Shown: positions 53,120 to 64,000 of the stretch, piece after piece
Position numbering within the stretch: the first letter of the stretch is position 1
Layout: each line of letters starts with the position of its first letter
NCBI GenBank assembly: GCA_002811645.1
Contig: PDIP01000093.1
Coordinates: 74,790 to 138,789 of the forward strand
Length of the DNA: 64,000 nt
Direction of reading: 5' to 3'
From: Corallochytrium limacisporum Hawaii
Taxonomy: Eukaryota; Protista; Pluriformea
Notes under the pieces: model-generated
What the model saw: only the letters and a program-made list of their open reading frames with translations
The model's database searches: none
What the model was told of the DNA's origin: nothing
Program-made: the position numbers and the translations under genes

Positions 53120-55990
53120 TCAATTGTCAATAACACCTAGAGCGAACTCCTCAGCCACGACCTCGAACTTGTTACGAGCGCCTTCGATCTGCTTCAGGAA
53201 GCGCTCTTGCTCAGCCTCATGGTGGTCATCGCCGGATCTGCCTGGTTGGCCGCTCAGACTTGACATGTTCAGCAGTCGCTGATACTCCTCATCGCACTGC
53301 ATACAGACCGGGTTGTCCTCATTCAGACAACGATCATGGTAAGAGTGCCCGCAAAGGAAATGTACCACAGGAAGTTCCAGGGGCAGACGACAAGCTTTGC
53401 ACTTGCCGAGGTGGAAAGTTTTTGCCTTGGTCTGTAAGTCTTCGAGCTGAGTCTCCAGATCCCGGTTTTTCTCTGCCAATTCACGGATGGTCTCCTCGTC
53501 AGAGGCAAGACGACCGTTGCTGTCATTGAACCAGCGCAAGAGGAAGTCCCTCACCACAGTGATGCTAATATTTGGTGCCTTGATCAATAGTTTGACCATT
53601 TGGAACGGAGTCATAGTTTCCTGCCGTTCAATGGTGACCAGCATCTCTGAAATGATTGCATTTGCATCCGCTGGTTCCTCAATGTTGGTGGAAAAATGTG
53701 TAAGGGCCTTGCTCCACAGCGACAAGTCCTGTGCGCCATACCGCGTACAGGTCCTCAGGATTGCCTCCGTGTCCCGCAGGCGAATGTGAAGATCCAAAAT
53801 CTGAGAGTACATGTGGTTTGTCTCCAGCAAATAGATAAGCCCCTCGCTAAAGTCGTTCTGTCCACAGATGAGAAGTGCCTGGTTCGGGTCATAGGCACAG
53901 TCTTCGTCCTTCAGTAACTTCAGTGCCTCTGCTTGCCGCTCTTTCTTTTCTGACTTTGATCCTGCGATATCAGGGCGCAGGTAAAGCTCCAGCAGAACGT
54001 TGACCACAGGCGCGTAGTGCCGGTGGTTGGCAGCGTGAACTGTCTCGGCAAAGGTCAAGAACTGTGCTGCGTGCTTGACAAAGACGTGGAAGAACTCTTC
54101 TGGTTTTGCACGCTTCCCATTCTCCTGAATCAGCAGCTCCGCTTCGTGACGTTTGGAGAAAGGAATGGCATACTGCAGATCCTCGCTGATCTCGGTGGGA
54201 CCAGGCCAAGTGGAGCAGAGGTCGATAAGAATCTTCACAGTCTGTTCTTCATCTTGCTCGATCAGAAAGACACCGTGGATTCGCAAAAAGTATGCGGCAA
54301 TCTGCAGAGGAAGGCTCTGCAGGTATTCGAGCGCCTTGGACCCTTCCTTCAGGTCGTAGACGGATATGGTAATGAACCAGTCGACATTGTGGAAGCGCCT
54401 CGCCACATTCAGTGCCAGGGACAGGAATCCACTATTACGCAAGGCTTTGATCGCACTATTCACGTCGAAGCTTGGGTACGTTTGCGTTGTTTGCTTGGCT
54501 CCATGCTCGTCCTCACCACCTGTCTTCGTTGTGGTCAGAAACCCTTCCAGTTGTTCCGCCTTACCGAGGCGTGTGTAGCACTGCAGCAGCAGTGTCGTGT
54601 GTGTCGGTCCCGCGGCGCTCTTGTCGTGGAGGACCTGCAGGTATTGGATCAACGGTTCTAGAGCCTGGATGTCAAGATACTTCTTGATCACGTAAGATGG
54701 TTCCAAGACACCGATTGTCTTTGTGTACTGGATCATGGCACCTTCGGTGTCTCCCTTTGAATACAAATAATCACCGTACTGCTTGAATACTTCGTAAACT
54801 GCTTGTGTGTCGTAATTCTGGCTTGACGATGCCAATTCAATTGCCAATGGATACAAAGACTTCTTGAATAGAATGTTTAGCTTGGTTTGCGTGTCCTGTT
54901 CATCCAATTGCATCATAATACCACTGCTATTGATAATGTGCAGGAAACCCCATTCCTTTACGATGAAGGCAATGTCATCGAACTTGCTCTGATAGGCGAC
55001 ATATTTCCGATTGATGTCGTAGATGGTGAGGACATTTCTTCCGCTGCCTTCGCGCGCCCCCAGCATGGATCCGCTTGACAGCTTCCCATCCACTGTTGCC
55101 AACACCAGATAGTCTCGAAACCAGGCTACCGAACGCTTGGTGCCATCAAACGCAAAACAAGGACCCAACCCATCGACGTTGTAGAAGAAGACGGCCTCCT
55201 TGCGAGCCACGATCAGGTCATTTTCGTTGAAGACGCCCTCTGCCAGCGTGGTGCACTGCATCTCTGCGCCTGACATGTCGAGTGTTTCGTACTGTACATT
55301 GTTGCGACCGCGAATCGTGAGGACTCCGGTTTCCGATTCTGTGGTAATGTAGAGATAGACGGTGCTCTGCGAATTGTTGACCGGTCCACGCCGGATAGTG
55401 ACAAATTTCAGCGATGTAATCTTGTCTCCGGGCTGGCTAAAAACGACTGACTTACTCGGGTTCCTTTCGCGTAGAATGTTGCCAAGGATCAGCACTACAT
55501 GACCATCATCGTAGCCTAGGGCTGTCATGGAGGCAGTGGCTGTGCAAGCAAAGCAGACTACTTGCCCTCTCCCTTCCTTCAGTTTGTCTACCCGGAACGA
55601 ACGCACCAACTGAGGGGCGTGACCGTCCTCAGGCTGCGCATCCGCAAAGTCCCAGGCCTTGAGATACTTGTGGTTATGCCCTCCTGGTGCCTCAACGTCC
55701 TCAATATCTCCTTCCAGCGTGACAAGTGTGTGAGATTGTTGCAGTGCAAACATTGAGAGAATCGGGTTTTCGTGTGCCTGTACGGACACGCATTCAAAGG
55801 ATCTGTTAAGAGTGTGCAGAGTGCCATAGTTGTCTCCCAATGCGAGGAACCCAGACGTGCCTGCAGCTGCAGTGAATCTGGCTCCCTGTGTCGTCTGACA
55901 AACAGTGTGCAACTGTAAACTTGCATCTGTCCTGGACAGAGCCTTTGGTTCAAAGAAATTGAACTTGCGCCACTGGCTTAGCGCGGGCAT
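53120..55990 (-). CDS. VPS11: HOPS/CORVET subunit Vps11
   Basis: WRKFNFF N-terminus, beta-propeller, YGDYLYSKGD...Y-KTIG-LEPSYVIKKYLD, HTTLLL-CY, RING C--C--PLELP-VHFLCGHSYH--C. Confidence 0.96.
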   Translation of the reverse strand: MPALSQWRKFNFFEPKALSRTDASLQLHTVCQTTQGARFTAAAGTSGFLALGDNYGTLHTLNRSFECVSVQAHENPILSMFALQQSHTLVTLEGDIEDVEAPGGHNHKYLKAWDFADAQPEDGHAPQLVRSFRVDKLKEGRGQVVCFACTATASMTALGYDDGHVVLILGNILRERNPSKSVVFSQPGDKITSLKFVTIRRGPVNNSQSTVYLYITTESETGVLTIRGRNNVQYETLDMSGAEMQCTTLAEGVFNENDLIVARKEAVFFYNVDGLGPCFAFDGTKRSVAWFRDYLVLATVDGKLSSGSMLGAREGSGRNVLTIYDINRKYVAYQSKFDDIAFIVKEWGFLHIINSSGIMMQLDEQDTQTKLNILFKKSLYPLAIELASSSQNYDTQAVYEVFKQYGDYLYSKGDTEGAMIQYTKTIGVLEPSYVIKKYLDIQALEPLIQYLQVLHDKSAAGPTHTTLLLQCYTRLGKAEQLEGFLTTTKTGGEDEHGAKQTTQTYPSFDVNSAIKALRNSGFLSLALNVARRFHNVDWFITISVYDLKEGSKALEYLQSLPLQIAAYFLRIHGVFLIEQDEEQTVKILIDLCSTWPGPTEISEDLQYAIPFSKRHEAELLIQENGKRAKPEEFFHVFVKHAAQFLTFAETVHAANHRHYAPVVNVLLELYLRPDIAGSKSEKKERQAEALKLLKDEDCAYDPNQALLICGQNDFSEGLIYLLETNHMYSQILDLHIRLRDTEAILRTCTRYGAQDLSLWSKALTHFSTNIEEPADANAIISEMLVTIERQETMTPFQMVKLLIKAPNISITVVRDFLLRWFNDSNGRLASDEETIRELAEKNRDLETQLEDLQTKAKTFHLGKCKACRLPLELPVVHFLCGHSYHDRCLNEDNPVCMQCDEEYQRLLNMSSLSGQPGRSGDDHHEAEQERFLKQIEGARNKFEVVAEEFALGVIDN

Positions 55991-56458
55991 TTTGGAACCT
56001 GTCTTCACTATAGTTTACATGCCTCCCAAATGCTATGTCTCGTTATTGATTCATGGTTCGATCCATGCCCTTTCCGCATTTTGAGGAACGCCGTGGTGGT
56101 AATTGGCATGATCTAAATGTTGGATATATAATACCTTTCCAAAAAGGGCGAACTTCTGTGTTTCCTCTTACAAAAGACCGCCAGCTGGGGATACCTGGGC
56201 TTGGAAGTGAGTTGGGGCTTTCAACAGCCACCTCCCAGCCTCCCGCGGCCCCCCGGGGGGGGGGGTCCAGAGAATCTAGGGAAAGGAAAAGGGCTGTTGA
56301 ACAATGGCATTCACGGGTTTAGACGATGTGTTCACCCATACCACAGTAACCTATTATTTTTGAGAAACGAACTATGTGCTCTTAACGGCCCTAACGTGAT
56401 GAAAAACGATCTATTCAACAAGAATCTGATAATGATAGGATTGAGACTCTAGTGTGCT

Positions 56459-57943
56459 TCATGCCCCTGATCCTGGAGGAGCGTAGAATTGCGGCTGCTG
56501 GCTCGGATCGTACTGCTGCGGGGGCGGTACCTGTTGGTGCTGAGGCAGCGATGACTGTTGTCCAGCAACCGGGGCTCCCTGATGTTGTTGCGATGGTCGT
56601 ACGTGCTGCTGGTGCTCCTGGCCTCCAGTGGGTGCGTAACCTTGCGGTGCACCATTACCGGGCCCCGGGTAATAGGACTGCTGGCCACCTTGGCCTTCTC
56701 CTTGCGGAGGTGCTCCAAAACCGGGCTGCGGTTGGTAGTACTGCTGTTGCTGTTGCTGTGGAGGCAAGCCACCGGCAGCTCCGTAGCCACTGTCATAGCC
56801 ACCATAACCGCCACCGTAGCCAGCCTGCACTGGCTGTCCCCGCATGAGTTTGTCGTACATGCTCAACGCCATGCAGAATTTGTCGTTAATGATCTCAAGG
56901 TCCTGCTTCTTCCTCTCAAGCTCGTCAACATCAGAAAGGATGACACTGCGATAAGTCATAATCTCCTGGTACTGATTCTCAATGTCCTGATCATCACGTT
57001 CTGTCATGCGGGTCACATCGGTGGTATTGATCTTCTGCATGAGGTTGTCAATCTTGGTTTCGTCAACTACCAATTGCGGTTGAACCTGAGCAGCACCCGA
57101 TCCATCCCCAGTGTACGGCGTTACATAGTTTGAAGGAAAGAGACCTTTCTTGCTCTTCAATTCTCCGTACCACCAACCCTCGTTGGAGTCATCGAGCAGT
57201 ACAATGACCTCGTCCTTTTTGAAGCTCAATTCTCCATCTTCGATAGCTTGGAAATCAAACAGAGCCTGTACCCTCTTCTTGTTATCTCCTGCTCCTGATT
57301 TTTTTTCTGCAGCTTTCATATTGTACAACTTCTCGCCTGTAGCCTTCTTGTTCTTCTTGCTCTTCTTTTTCTGGGCCTCCGCCTCTGCCAAGGACCTTCG
57401 AATGGCCTCCGCAAGATCGTCCTCTTCCTGTTTCGAGGACGCACCGCCAGCTGCCGCACCGCTTGAAGAGTATCCTCCACCAGAAGCCCCCCGGGCTGGT
57501 ACTTTCGGGCCATTCCGAGGGAAGTCATGACCCTCACTACTGAGGTCCCAATACAAGTTCAGCAATGAGGAGTGGTTAGTACCGTATTCGGAGGCCCATT
57601 TCTGCAGCATTTCCTTCGATTTGTCACACACGGCAGGATCTGTGTTGGTACGCAGCGCAAGAAGGGTCTTGTAGTTTTTTACACCTTCAGAATTGAATGC
57701 GACCCGAATAAATTTATCACCAACGTTGTCTACCAGCACTCCAAGCAGAGTTAGTCCCTTTACCGAGCTCTTGACATTCTCCTTGCTTGTCACCTTCTCC
57801 CAAACTGCTTTGTATGCTTTCTGCGTGCCATCCGAGGATGCGGCCTGTACCTTATCAACTAATTCGAGGTATAAAGCCCAGTCCTCGTCATTTTTTGACG
57901 GATCCGTTGCTCTCTGCACGGCACCAGTAAATGGGTTCGACAT
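56459..57943 (-). CDS. STAM: ESCRT-0 subunit STAM/Hse1
   Basis: VHS (NPF---V-RATD----EDW), UIM (EEDDLAEAIRRSL), SH3 (ALFDFQAIEDGELSF...GLFPSNYV), GAT coiled coil, Q/P-rich tail. Confidence 0.93.
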   Translation of the reverse strand: MSNPFTGAVQRATDPSKNDEDWALYLELVDKVQAASSDGTQKAYKAVWEKVTSKENVKSSVKGLTLLGVLVDNVGDKFIRVAFNSEGVKNYKTLLALRTNTDPAVCDKSKEMLQKWASEYGTNHSSLLNLYWDLSSEGHDFPRNGPKVPARGASGGGYSSSGAAAGGASSKQEEDDLAEAIRRSLAEAEAQKKKSKKNKKATGEKLYNMKAAEKKSGAGDNKKRVQALFDFQAIEDGELSFKKDEVIVLLDDSNEGWWYGELKSKKGLFPSNYVTPYTGDGSGAAQVQPQLVVDETKIDNLMQKINTTDVTRMTERDDQDIENQYQEIMTYRSVILSDVDELERKKQDLEIINDKFCMALSMYDKLMRGQPVQAGYGGGYGGYDSGYGAAGGLPPQQQQQQYYQPQPGFGAPPQGEGQGGQQSYYPGPGNGAPQGYAPTGGQEHQQHVRPSQQHQGAPVAGQQSSLPQHQQVPPPQQYDPSQQPQFYAPPGSGA

Positions 57944-58764
57944 TGCTGGTTTCTGGGTGGCTTTGAGTCCAATTAGCCATTCGATGTCGTATGTATTCTC
58001 TGTGCGGCCCATCTACCTACCAATAGAGTAAACATACAAGTCTAATGTACCTTAGCAATGATTTTGCTGCAGGAAGGCCGCTGCAGCGGTCTGTTTTCAG
58101 TGAGTCGCAACGGATTTCCGAGCTATTTGTAGCGAGCTGCACCCGCTCCATCCCCCCTACCCCTTGCGGGATACTTTCTTTGCAATTGGGACGCTGCCAC
58201 TCTGCAGCTTGAGTTGTCATTATTGAATGTTTTTGCTTTTCCAAGCCCCCACTTGCCGGCAACTGCAGATGCAGCTAACCCAAGTCGCGAAAGCAATGAG
58301 AGGGGGCTAAACCTCCCAAACTGCGGGTTTTCCACAGCCAAGCAGGATATGGACCGTATCATAGCCGTCGAAAATTCGATTCCCTCCCGGGGTCTAAGAT
58401 GGCCCTTGGCGGTCTACCTTTTGGAGAAAGTGAATGTTCTGGAGTAAGTTTACGAGCATATACGGAGTGCCACTCTGTATGATAAAGTTCACCGAAACTC
58501 TTGGGAGGCGTATAATTGCAGTATTGGGAGCAATGGGACCGCTTGGAGACGGAGGACGGGTACACTGCTGCGGGCCGTGTCTGCCAGCGATAGACCGGAA
58601 TTGATCATGTCCCATTTCGTGGTGCACAGGCATCGAGGGAGCACGTATTATCCTTTCGGAGTCTGTAGATCGGGCTGTTCATGCAGTTCGCTTAAAATGC
58701 TGAGGAGCTTAGCCATAATTTCTTTATGAGTTGTGATTGTGGTATGGTCTAGCTTTGGTTCTTG

Positions 58765-59277
58765 TTACCGCATCCACTGCTGGCCACCAAAGGACATGTT
58801 GGCTCTTCCCATGGAACCCATGATCTGTGCCTTGATCATCTGACCGGCCGGAGTGTTGTCCAGCTTGCGCATAATGTCTTCTGGCATATCAACGATCGAT
58901 TTGTCGATTCCGGTCCCAGTCAAAAATTCCGCCACGTCATTGCTAAAGTTGTTGCAGTTGTTGCTGAATAGATCATACGTGCCAAGGCTGTACTTGTGTT
59001 TTATGTCCTCAAGGAAATCCTGGAGAACTTCCATGGGGATCATAGTGTTTCCAAGTTGTACCTTCTTCTGGGGCTGACCAAGAGATGTGCGACCAGGTGA
59101 AGACTTCATCACGCCTTCTCCACCAAAGTAGACCTCTTCCTCATGGACCACTATGGCAGTGTGCCAGATCCCATCCAGACGCTCCCCCAGGAACATTTCC
59201 GAAAGGGCAGGGGCCATGCCAAAGGAAAGGTCGTAGATATAGAGTTCGACCGGCACTGATGGTTCTTCACTCGACAT
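58765..59277 (-). CDS. DESI1: Desumoylating isopeptidase (PPPDE peptidase)
   Basis: VELYIYDLS-GMA, GIWHTAIVV, YDLFSNNCNNFS (catalytic His and Cys). Confidence 0.93.
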   Translation of the reverse strand: MSSEEPSVPVELYIYDLSFGMAPALSEMFLGERLDGIWHTAIVVHEEEVYFGGEGVMKSSPGRTSLGQPQKKVQLGNTMIPMEVLQDFLEDIKHKYSLGTYDLFSNNCNNFSNDVAEFLTGTGIDKSIVDMPEDIMRKLDNTPAGQMIKAQIMGSMGRANMSFGGQQWMR

Positions 59278-59690
59278 GGTTTGCTGATTTCTTCTTGTTT
59301 CTATGCTAATAGTTTCACGAATAAACAAGACTACATCTGTCTTTGCAGTTAAACTAACATTATCCCAAATATCTGCAACGGCCACGTATCAACAACCAAG
59401 GCTCTTCTAGCGCCTACGTGGCGTGCGCGTCTGGTCGCGCTCCAGTGTTCCCGAACACAACTCACCTCCACAAACCCGCACAACTCAGTGCCCACTGGGG
59501 GAAGAAGGGGGGGAGGGCAGTTGCTGCGGAAGGGAAACGGAAAACGGCATTCGCTATTGAAGACAATGTTGCACGTCCTTCTGCTGCATTTGAAGGCGAG
59601 TCGTTACCGCAAACTTCTGATGGGTATCCATTTGGGTCCCAAAGTGCCCAGCAAGACATCCAGCCGTGGTTCACTCTCTCCCTGAAGGCT

Positions 59691-60233
59691 TCAGTAGAGC
59701 TTGAGATGTCCGGTAATCTCATTCACGTCAGCCACTGCCCCCGGCCCAATGCAAACGACCGTGGCAGTACCACTAGCGATCTGTGTATGGCCGGCATCGT
59801 GAATAACAGTGGCCGGCAGTCCGATTGCCCGGGCCTTTCGCTCGAGATCATACAAGGAATTTTCATCACCGGGTGCTTTCAGAGTGATCTTGGCCTGACC
59901 GTATCGTTCCCAACTTTCAAGAGCCTGGGATGCGTGGTCCAGGCACCAGCTGTAGTTAGCCATGCAGCCATGACAGCACTGGGCCACAATCTTGCCCTTG
60001 CCCATACCCAGGTCGGTACGGATCACCAGCACCATCTTGTGCTCACCCAGGTACTCCCCTTTCTTTCGTCTCTTTTCACGTTCTGTTTTGAGCTGGATTG
60101 CTGCTTCCCGGCCTCCGAACCTGGCCGACGCTCCGAACAGGCTGTTGACGGCGTAGCCGAGCGCGATCCCCGCCACCAAGGTGCCCACCGTCGTGGAATT
60201 GAACAGGTCCGCCATGATTTTGTATGTCCTCAT
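59691..60233 (-). CDS. PTH2: Peptidyl-tRNA hydrolase 2
   Basis: N-terminal TM anchor, KMVLVIRTDLGMGKGKIVAQCCH, W---GQAKI, DAGHTQIA-G--TV--IGPG, ITGHLKLY. Confidence 0.96.
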   Translation of the reverse strand: MRTYKIMADLFNSTTVGTLVAGIALGYAVNSLFGASARFGGREAAIQLKTEREKRRKKGEYLGEHKMVLVIRTDLGMGKGKIVAQCCHGCMANYSWCLDHASQALESWERYGQAKITLKAPGDENSLYDLERKARAIGLPATVIHDAGHTQIASGTATVVCIGPGAVADVNEITGHLKLY

Positions 60234-63200
60234 CGTCTTATGCTTGTTCGTCGTAGCTCAATGAGTGCAGGTGTCCCTAAAATACCTTCTCTTGTGTAAA
60301 CTGCTCGTCCGGTGGTCCTTGTGCGCGTGGGTGGAGGACTTCTATGCGGGTATAATAATCAATAAAAACACAAAGTTTTTTGATTATTGGATTGTACTAA
60401 TCAAAATCACAAAGAGTGTTGGTTCGCCATTGGCGCCAGAGATTCAAAAAATGGACTCCAAGATAAATATTGTGTCCGGTGGGGTCCAGAAAAAAGGACT
60501 CCGAGGATAGGCAGGCCAAGCATTTCGGAATAGTGAGGGAGACCACCACATGCAGCCCGAGCCAAGCTCGGAGGGAAAAAGGAATGAGGAGGAGGAACCT
60601 GGTTGTCAATATGGGTCCGCATTCATGATTGATCATCTCATGTCTTTCGTCTCCAACTGAACTCTCTCCAAAGCGACCATCTATCATTTATCCTATATCA
60701 ATTTTCTATCGCTACTCCTTGTGTGTGATCCCTGAATCGGCACAATTCCTTGCTGCTACGTGTAGCAATCAAATTCGGCTGACTACGGTTCATGTAGCCG
60801 TCACGTTGTTCCGCAATTCCACCCCCAACCCGGCGGAAACAAAGGTTGGAGTAGAAATCATGGACGATGCTTTGAGTAGAAATTTTGATAAGAAACATTC
60901 ACATGCGAAACAAACGACGCTCTCATCACTGTGCTACCGATCGCCGTAAGATACATTCCTGAGAGCAAGGGAGGGACTGGTTGACGGCAATCCCCTGCTT
61001 TGTCTCGTGCCTAGTGTCCGTCGTGCCCTTGGTCCAGAATTGACAGCAACAAAACACGAAGACCGTGTCTCACTTGATGAACCACCGAAACGAATAAATT
61101 CATTTATGTCAATTTCTTTTCTGTTCAATCGGGAGAAGTGGAAGCAGGTGCAGCCCACTTATCGCAACACTCAATCGAACACCCGCCCATCACCAGCCGC
61201 CACCAGCTTTGTATGCTACATTCTTGGGTAACTGCTTCCAAGCTCCGATAGGGACAATATCAGGTCACAAAGTACATGAGGCTATGTCACAGAATTGAGC
61301 TTTCTTCCTACTGTCGGACTTTTATATGTACACGCATCAACTGGATAAATCAGGTAGGCTCTGGTCGACTATGAAAGAAGGAGGTCAGCATTTCGAAAGT
61401 CCAAAATGTTTTTGGTCTAGTTGCTGGTGGATGACATCCTCGCCTCAAAACATGTGTAACCCATGTTCAAAAAGAAAAGGTTGTGCCTCTTCCCTTACTC
61501 CTGTGTCCTAAATGACAAAGTCTCAACCAACTTCCTAGCCGACATTGTGACAAAACTCCATCTACATATATCTGCACTGCGCGTCTAAGGGTATACTATG
61601 GTGTAATTCATCCCACCTTTGGGACCTCTTGTCAACCGTCGAAACCCTCCCACTAATCCCGTTCAAACACGGTGAACAGGCATCTTCTCCTGGGGTGTCG
61701 CTCGACCAGGATGGGGCAATCCGTTCCCCGACCGGTGGATGCTGTTCGCTGCAGTACGGAGTGTTGGACAGGTATTGTCCAGTCCCTGGGCCTCTAGAAT
61801 GGGTTCCCTTGGATGTCCTCTTAAACCCTTATTTGATCGCCAAGCAATAATTGGCGCAATTAGCACGCACGCACTCATCCGGAAACACCAAAAGGCCTAG
61901 TCCCTTTTTACTTCCCTCCTCCCTCCCACTTCTTCTCCTTTGTTTAATTTCTTCCCTTCGTCTCTCCTTCTCTCCTTCTTCACACCTCCGCTGAAGATAC
62001 TACTGTACCCATTAACTGCGGGCCCCGTCCTGGATATTTTTTCGATCTCGTATCAAAGAAGTATTGAAGTTTGCAGTCATATCAGTCGCAGAGGGCCCGC
62101 CGCAGGCATTGGATGAAGGACCCAGGTACTCAGAGACATACGAGGAACCGTACGTTGCATTCAAGTGTGCATGCGGTACCAGTGACTCCATGGAACCAAC
62201 AGATTCTTGTCTTGTTGGTCCTGCACATCATAGCGCAATGTATGGGTGCCTGCATGCTAAGTGTCGATGCCATCCATTCCTCTTCCATAGATTCATATGC
62301 TTTCCCTCATGCTCTTAGGATGATCCTGGATGAGTACATGTGCGTACTGCTCTTCTGGCTATCATGCCACTATTTTCATAATTTAGCCTTTTGCAGCATC
62401 CACGTTCCGTAGGAGATGACTTGATGATTTGGTCCGGAATGTATTCAAACAGTTTCCTTTCCTTGCCAGGGCAGAGACTTGGGTACAGTTGGCAAGGGCA
62501 CTGATGTACGGAACGAGGAGATGTGTGCGGGATCATTGGCGGCTCCTCACCGACGCCAGGGGGGCGAGATCCGAGCGACTATGTTCCTTGCATTGATCGC
62601 ATCTCGGATCCTCACAATTACTCCTTTCCTGGCTTTAAACCTTCGGTGCTGTATTCCAGGGGTTGAAACTCGGGAATGGCGATGAAACTGCCGCCGTCCA
62701 TGGCCAGCCGAAAAACCTTCACCGTTTACCACATCAAGCACTGAATTGTAATGGCTTTATGAAATAAGACGTTTACCGATCTTCCCTCGCTATGCTTTCT
62801 CCCGGGATGATTGATGGTGAAAGAAAGGGGAAACTACTGCTTCTGCTCAACTGGTGTGTGCACTTTATTGTGCATTGATCACCCAGTGACCCGAAATTCG
62901 ATTATCACAGCGCTCACACATACACTCTCTTCTCCTCCAATTAGTGTTTCTCTTGTTACTTCATCGGAAATTCCCAGCGACGTGGAGAGTCAGAGCAATA
63001 CGATGACCATCCGCTGCGGGCGCACGCAGCCATTGGGAGATAAACTTCATCAACTCCACGGACAGTGTTCGTTACCAACATAATCAAAGGCCAAGCTTTT
63101 GATCTCTCAATAGTTTCTCTGTTTTCAAGAGTCAATAGTACTTTGACCATTGACACAAAACGATGTTACTTTTTTCAATACCAGAACAAATCCAATGATT

Positions 63201-64000
63201 GCATTCAAAGCGGACTAGGACATTACCCCATTGAAAGTGAGGGCAGTATTGCGCGCACATGGAATTTTAATTGGTTCGATCCGCTCTTCTGATGTCTTTC
63301 GCCCCGCTCCGCCTCCCCCGCCCCGGGGGGGACCTTCCCGGACACGGTCTAAGAGACAAACGCGAGCAAGAGCATGTCTGAGAATATAGAGAACGAATGG
63401 GTCCCTTCAGGAGCCCCGCGGGGAGGAGGGTTGGGGTTTGGACGGTGTGATTGTGTTGGGGAGCGGAAAACAAATATACTGGGAGAATTTGAGGTCCGCA
63501 CGCACTGGGATAGGAGAACTCATGTGGAGAACAGCTACCAATCAACAATAGCATCTCTATAGTGAGAATATGTAATAATTCTCGTGCGCTCTGGAGGCAA
63601 GTTCTCCTTCGGTCCCCGCTTTTCTGACACGCCAATGAAGAAATTTCAAGAATTGGCGAACTTGCGAAGCCCCGCCCCGGCTCGTTGGGGTGGGTGATGG
63701 CATCCTGCACATATGCGCACCCATCCACCCAAATCCCACACACGAAGATATTGGGCTACTCTGACTCACCCCTTTCGAAGAATTTCTCCACCACAGACGA
63801 CACAGTGAGAGCTGAGCACGATATCCGGTTTGGCCTACGTGGTCCTCGCAGTCTATCTGTTGCAGATCGTAGTCGACAGTGGGATTTTGTGCGCGAAAAC
63901 TTTCTTCCACTGAAGACCCCGTCCTCCTCTCTTAACAGTGTGTCTTGTTCGGAGTGTCCCGTTCGCTTGGCCGTCAATCCGTTCGCCTCCTCTGCCTCCT

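Noticed and set aside
56052-56068. CATGG-TTCGAT-CCATG hairpin
   Set aside because: The loop is 6 nt and there is no remaining cloverleaf; likely chance.
53120-57943. VPS11 next to STAM as an endosomal gene cluster
   Set aside because: Two adjacent genes in a dense genome are not evidence of functional clustering.
1-64000. CRISPR arrays, rRNA, spliceosomal snRNAs, intact transposons
   Set aside because: No repeat-spacer structure, rRNA or snRNA signature, or transposase/RT ORF was seen by eye.

Overview
This is eukaryotic nuclear DNA, gene-dense, and every recognisable CDS is a single uninterrupted ORF. The gene content is opisthokont/animal-like (TERB2-like, STAM, JMJD6, Timeless, CCSMST1/UQCC4-like, IFT56). 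I infer an intron-poor unicellular relative of animals such as a Corallochytrium-type holozoan; this is not proven. About 22 protein genes are present: a mitochondrial RCC1-repeat protein, AGXT, Timeless, GMPPA, an Sfp-type PPTase, COX11, APIP/MtnB, FIP1, ANKZF1/Vms1, a DUF547 protein, POLA2, JMJD6, CLPTM1, MTG1, TAF6, VPS11, STAM, DESI1, PTH2 and several unknowns. Highlights: (1) an ORF missing from the supplied track (919..<1, minus) with an N-terminal domain matching the meiotic telomere-tethering protein TERB2; (2) a truncated, stop-interrupted remnant of the ciliary gene IFT56/TTC26; (3) a tRNA-Arg(UCU) split by a 133-nt structured intron, with initiator-like A1:U72 and A54; (4) a recurrent GTAGGT...YAG pattern just upstream of start codons, suggesting introns confined to 5' UTRs; (5) E2F-type sites upstream of the two DNA replication genes; (6) poly(dC)-poly(dG) intergenic islands; (7) a ~9 kb ORF-poor region with possible decayed gene fragments. 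Homology calls rest on motifs and reference sequences recalled from memory; no database search was run.
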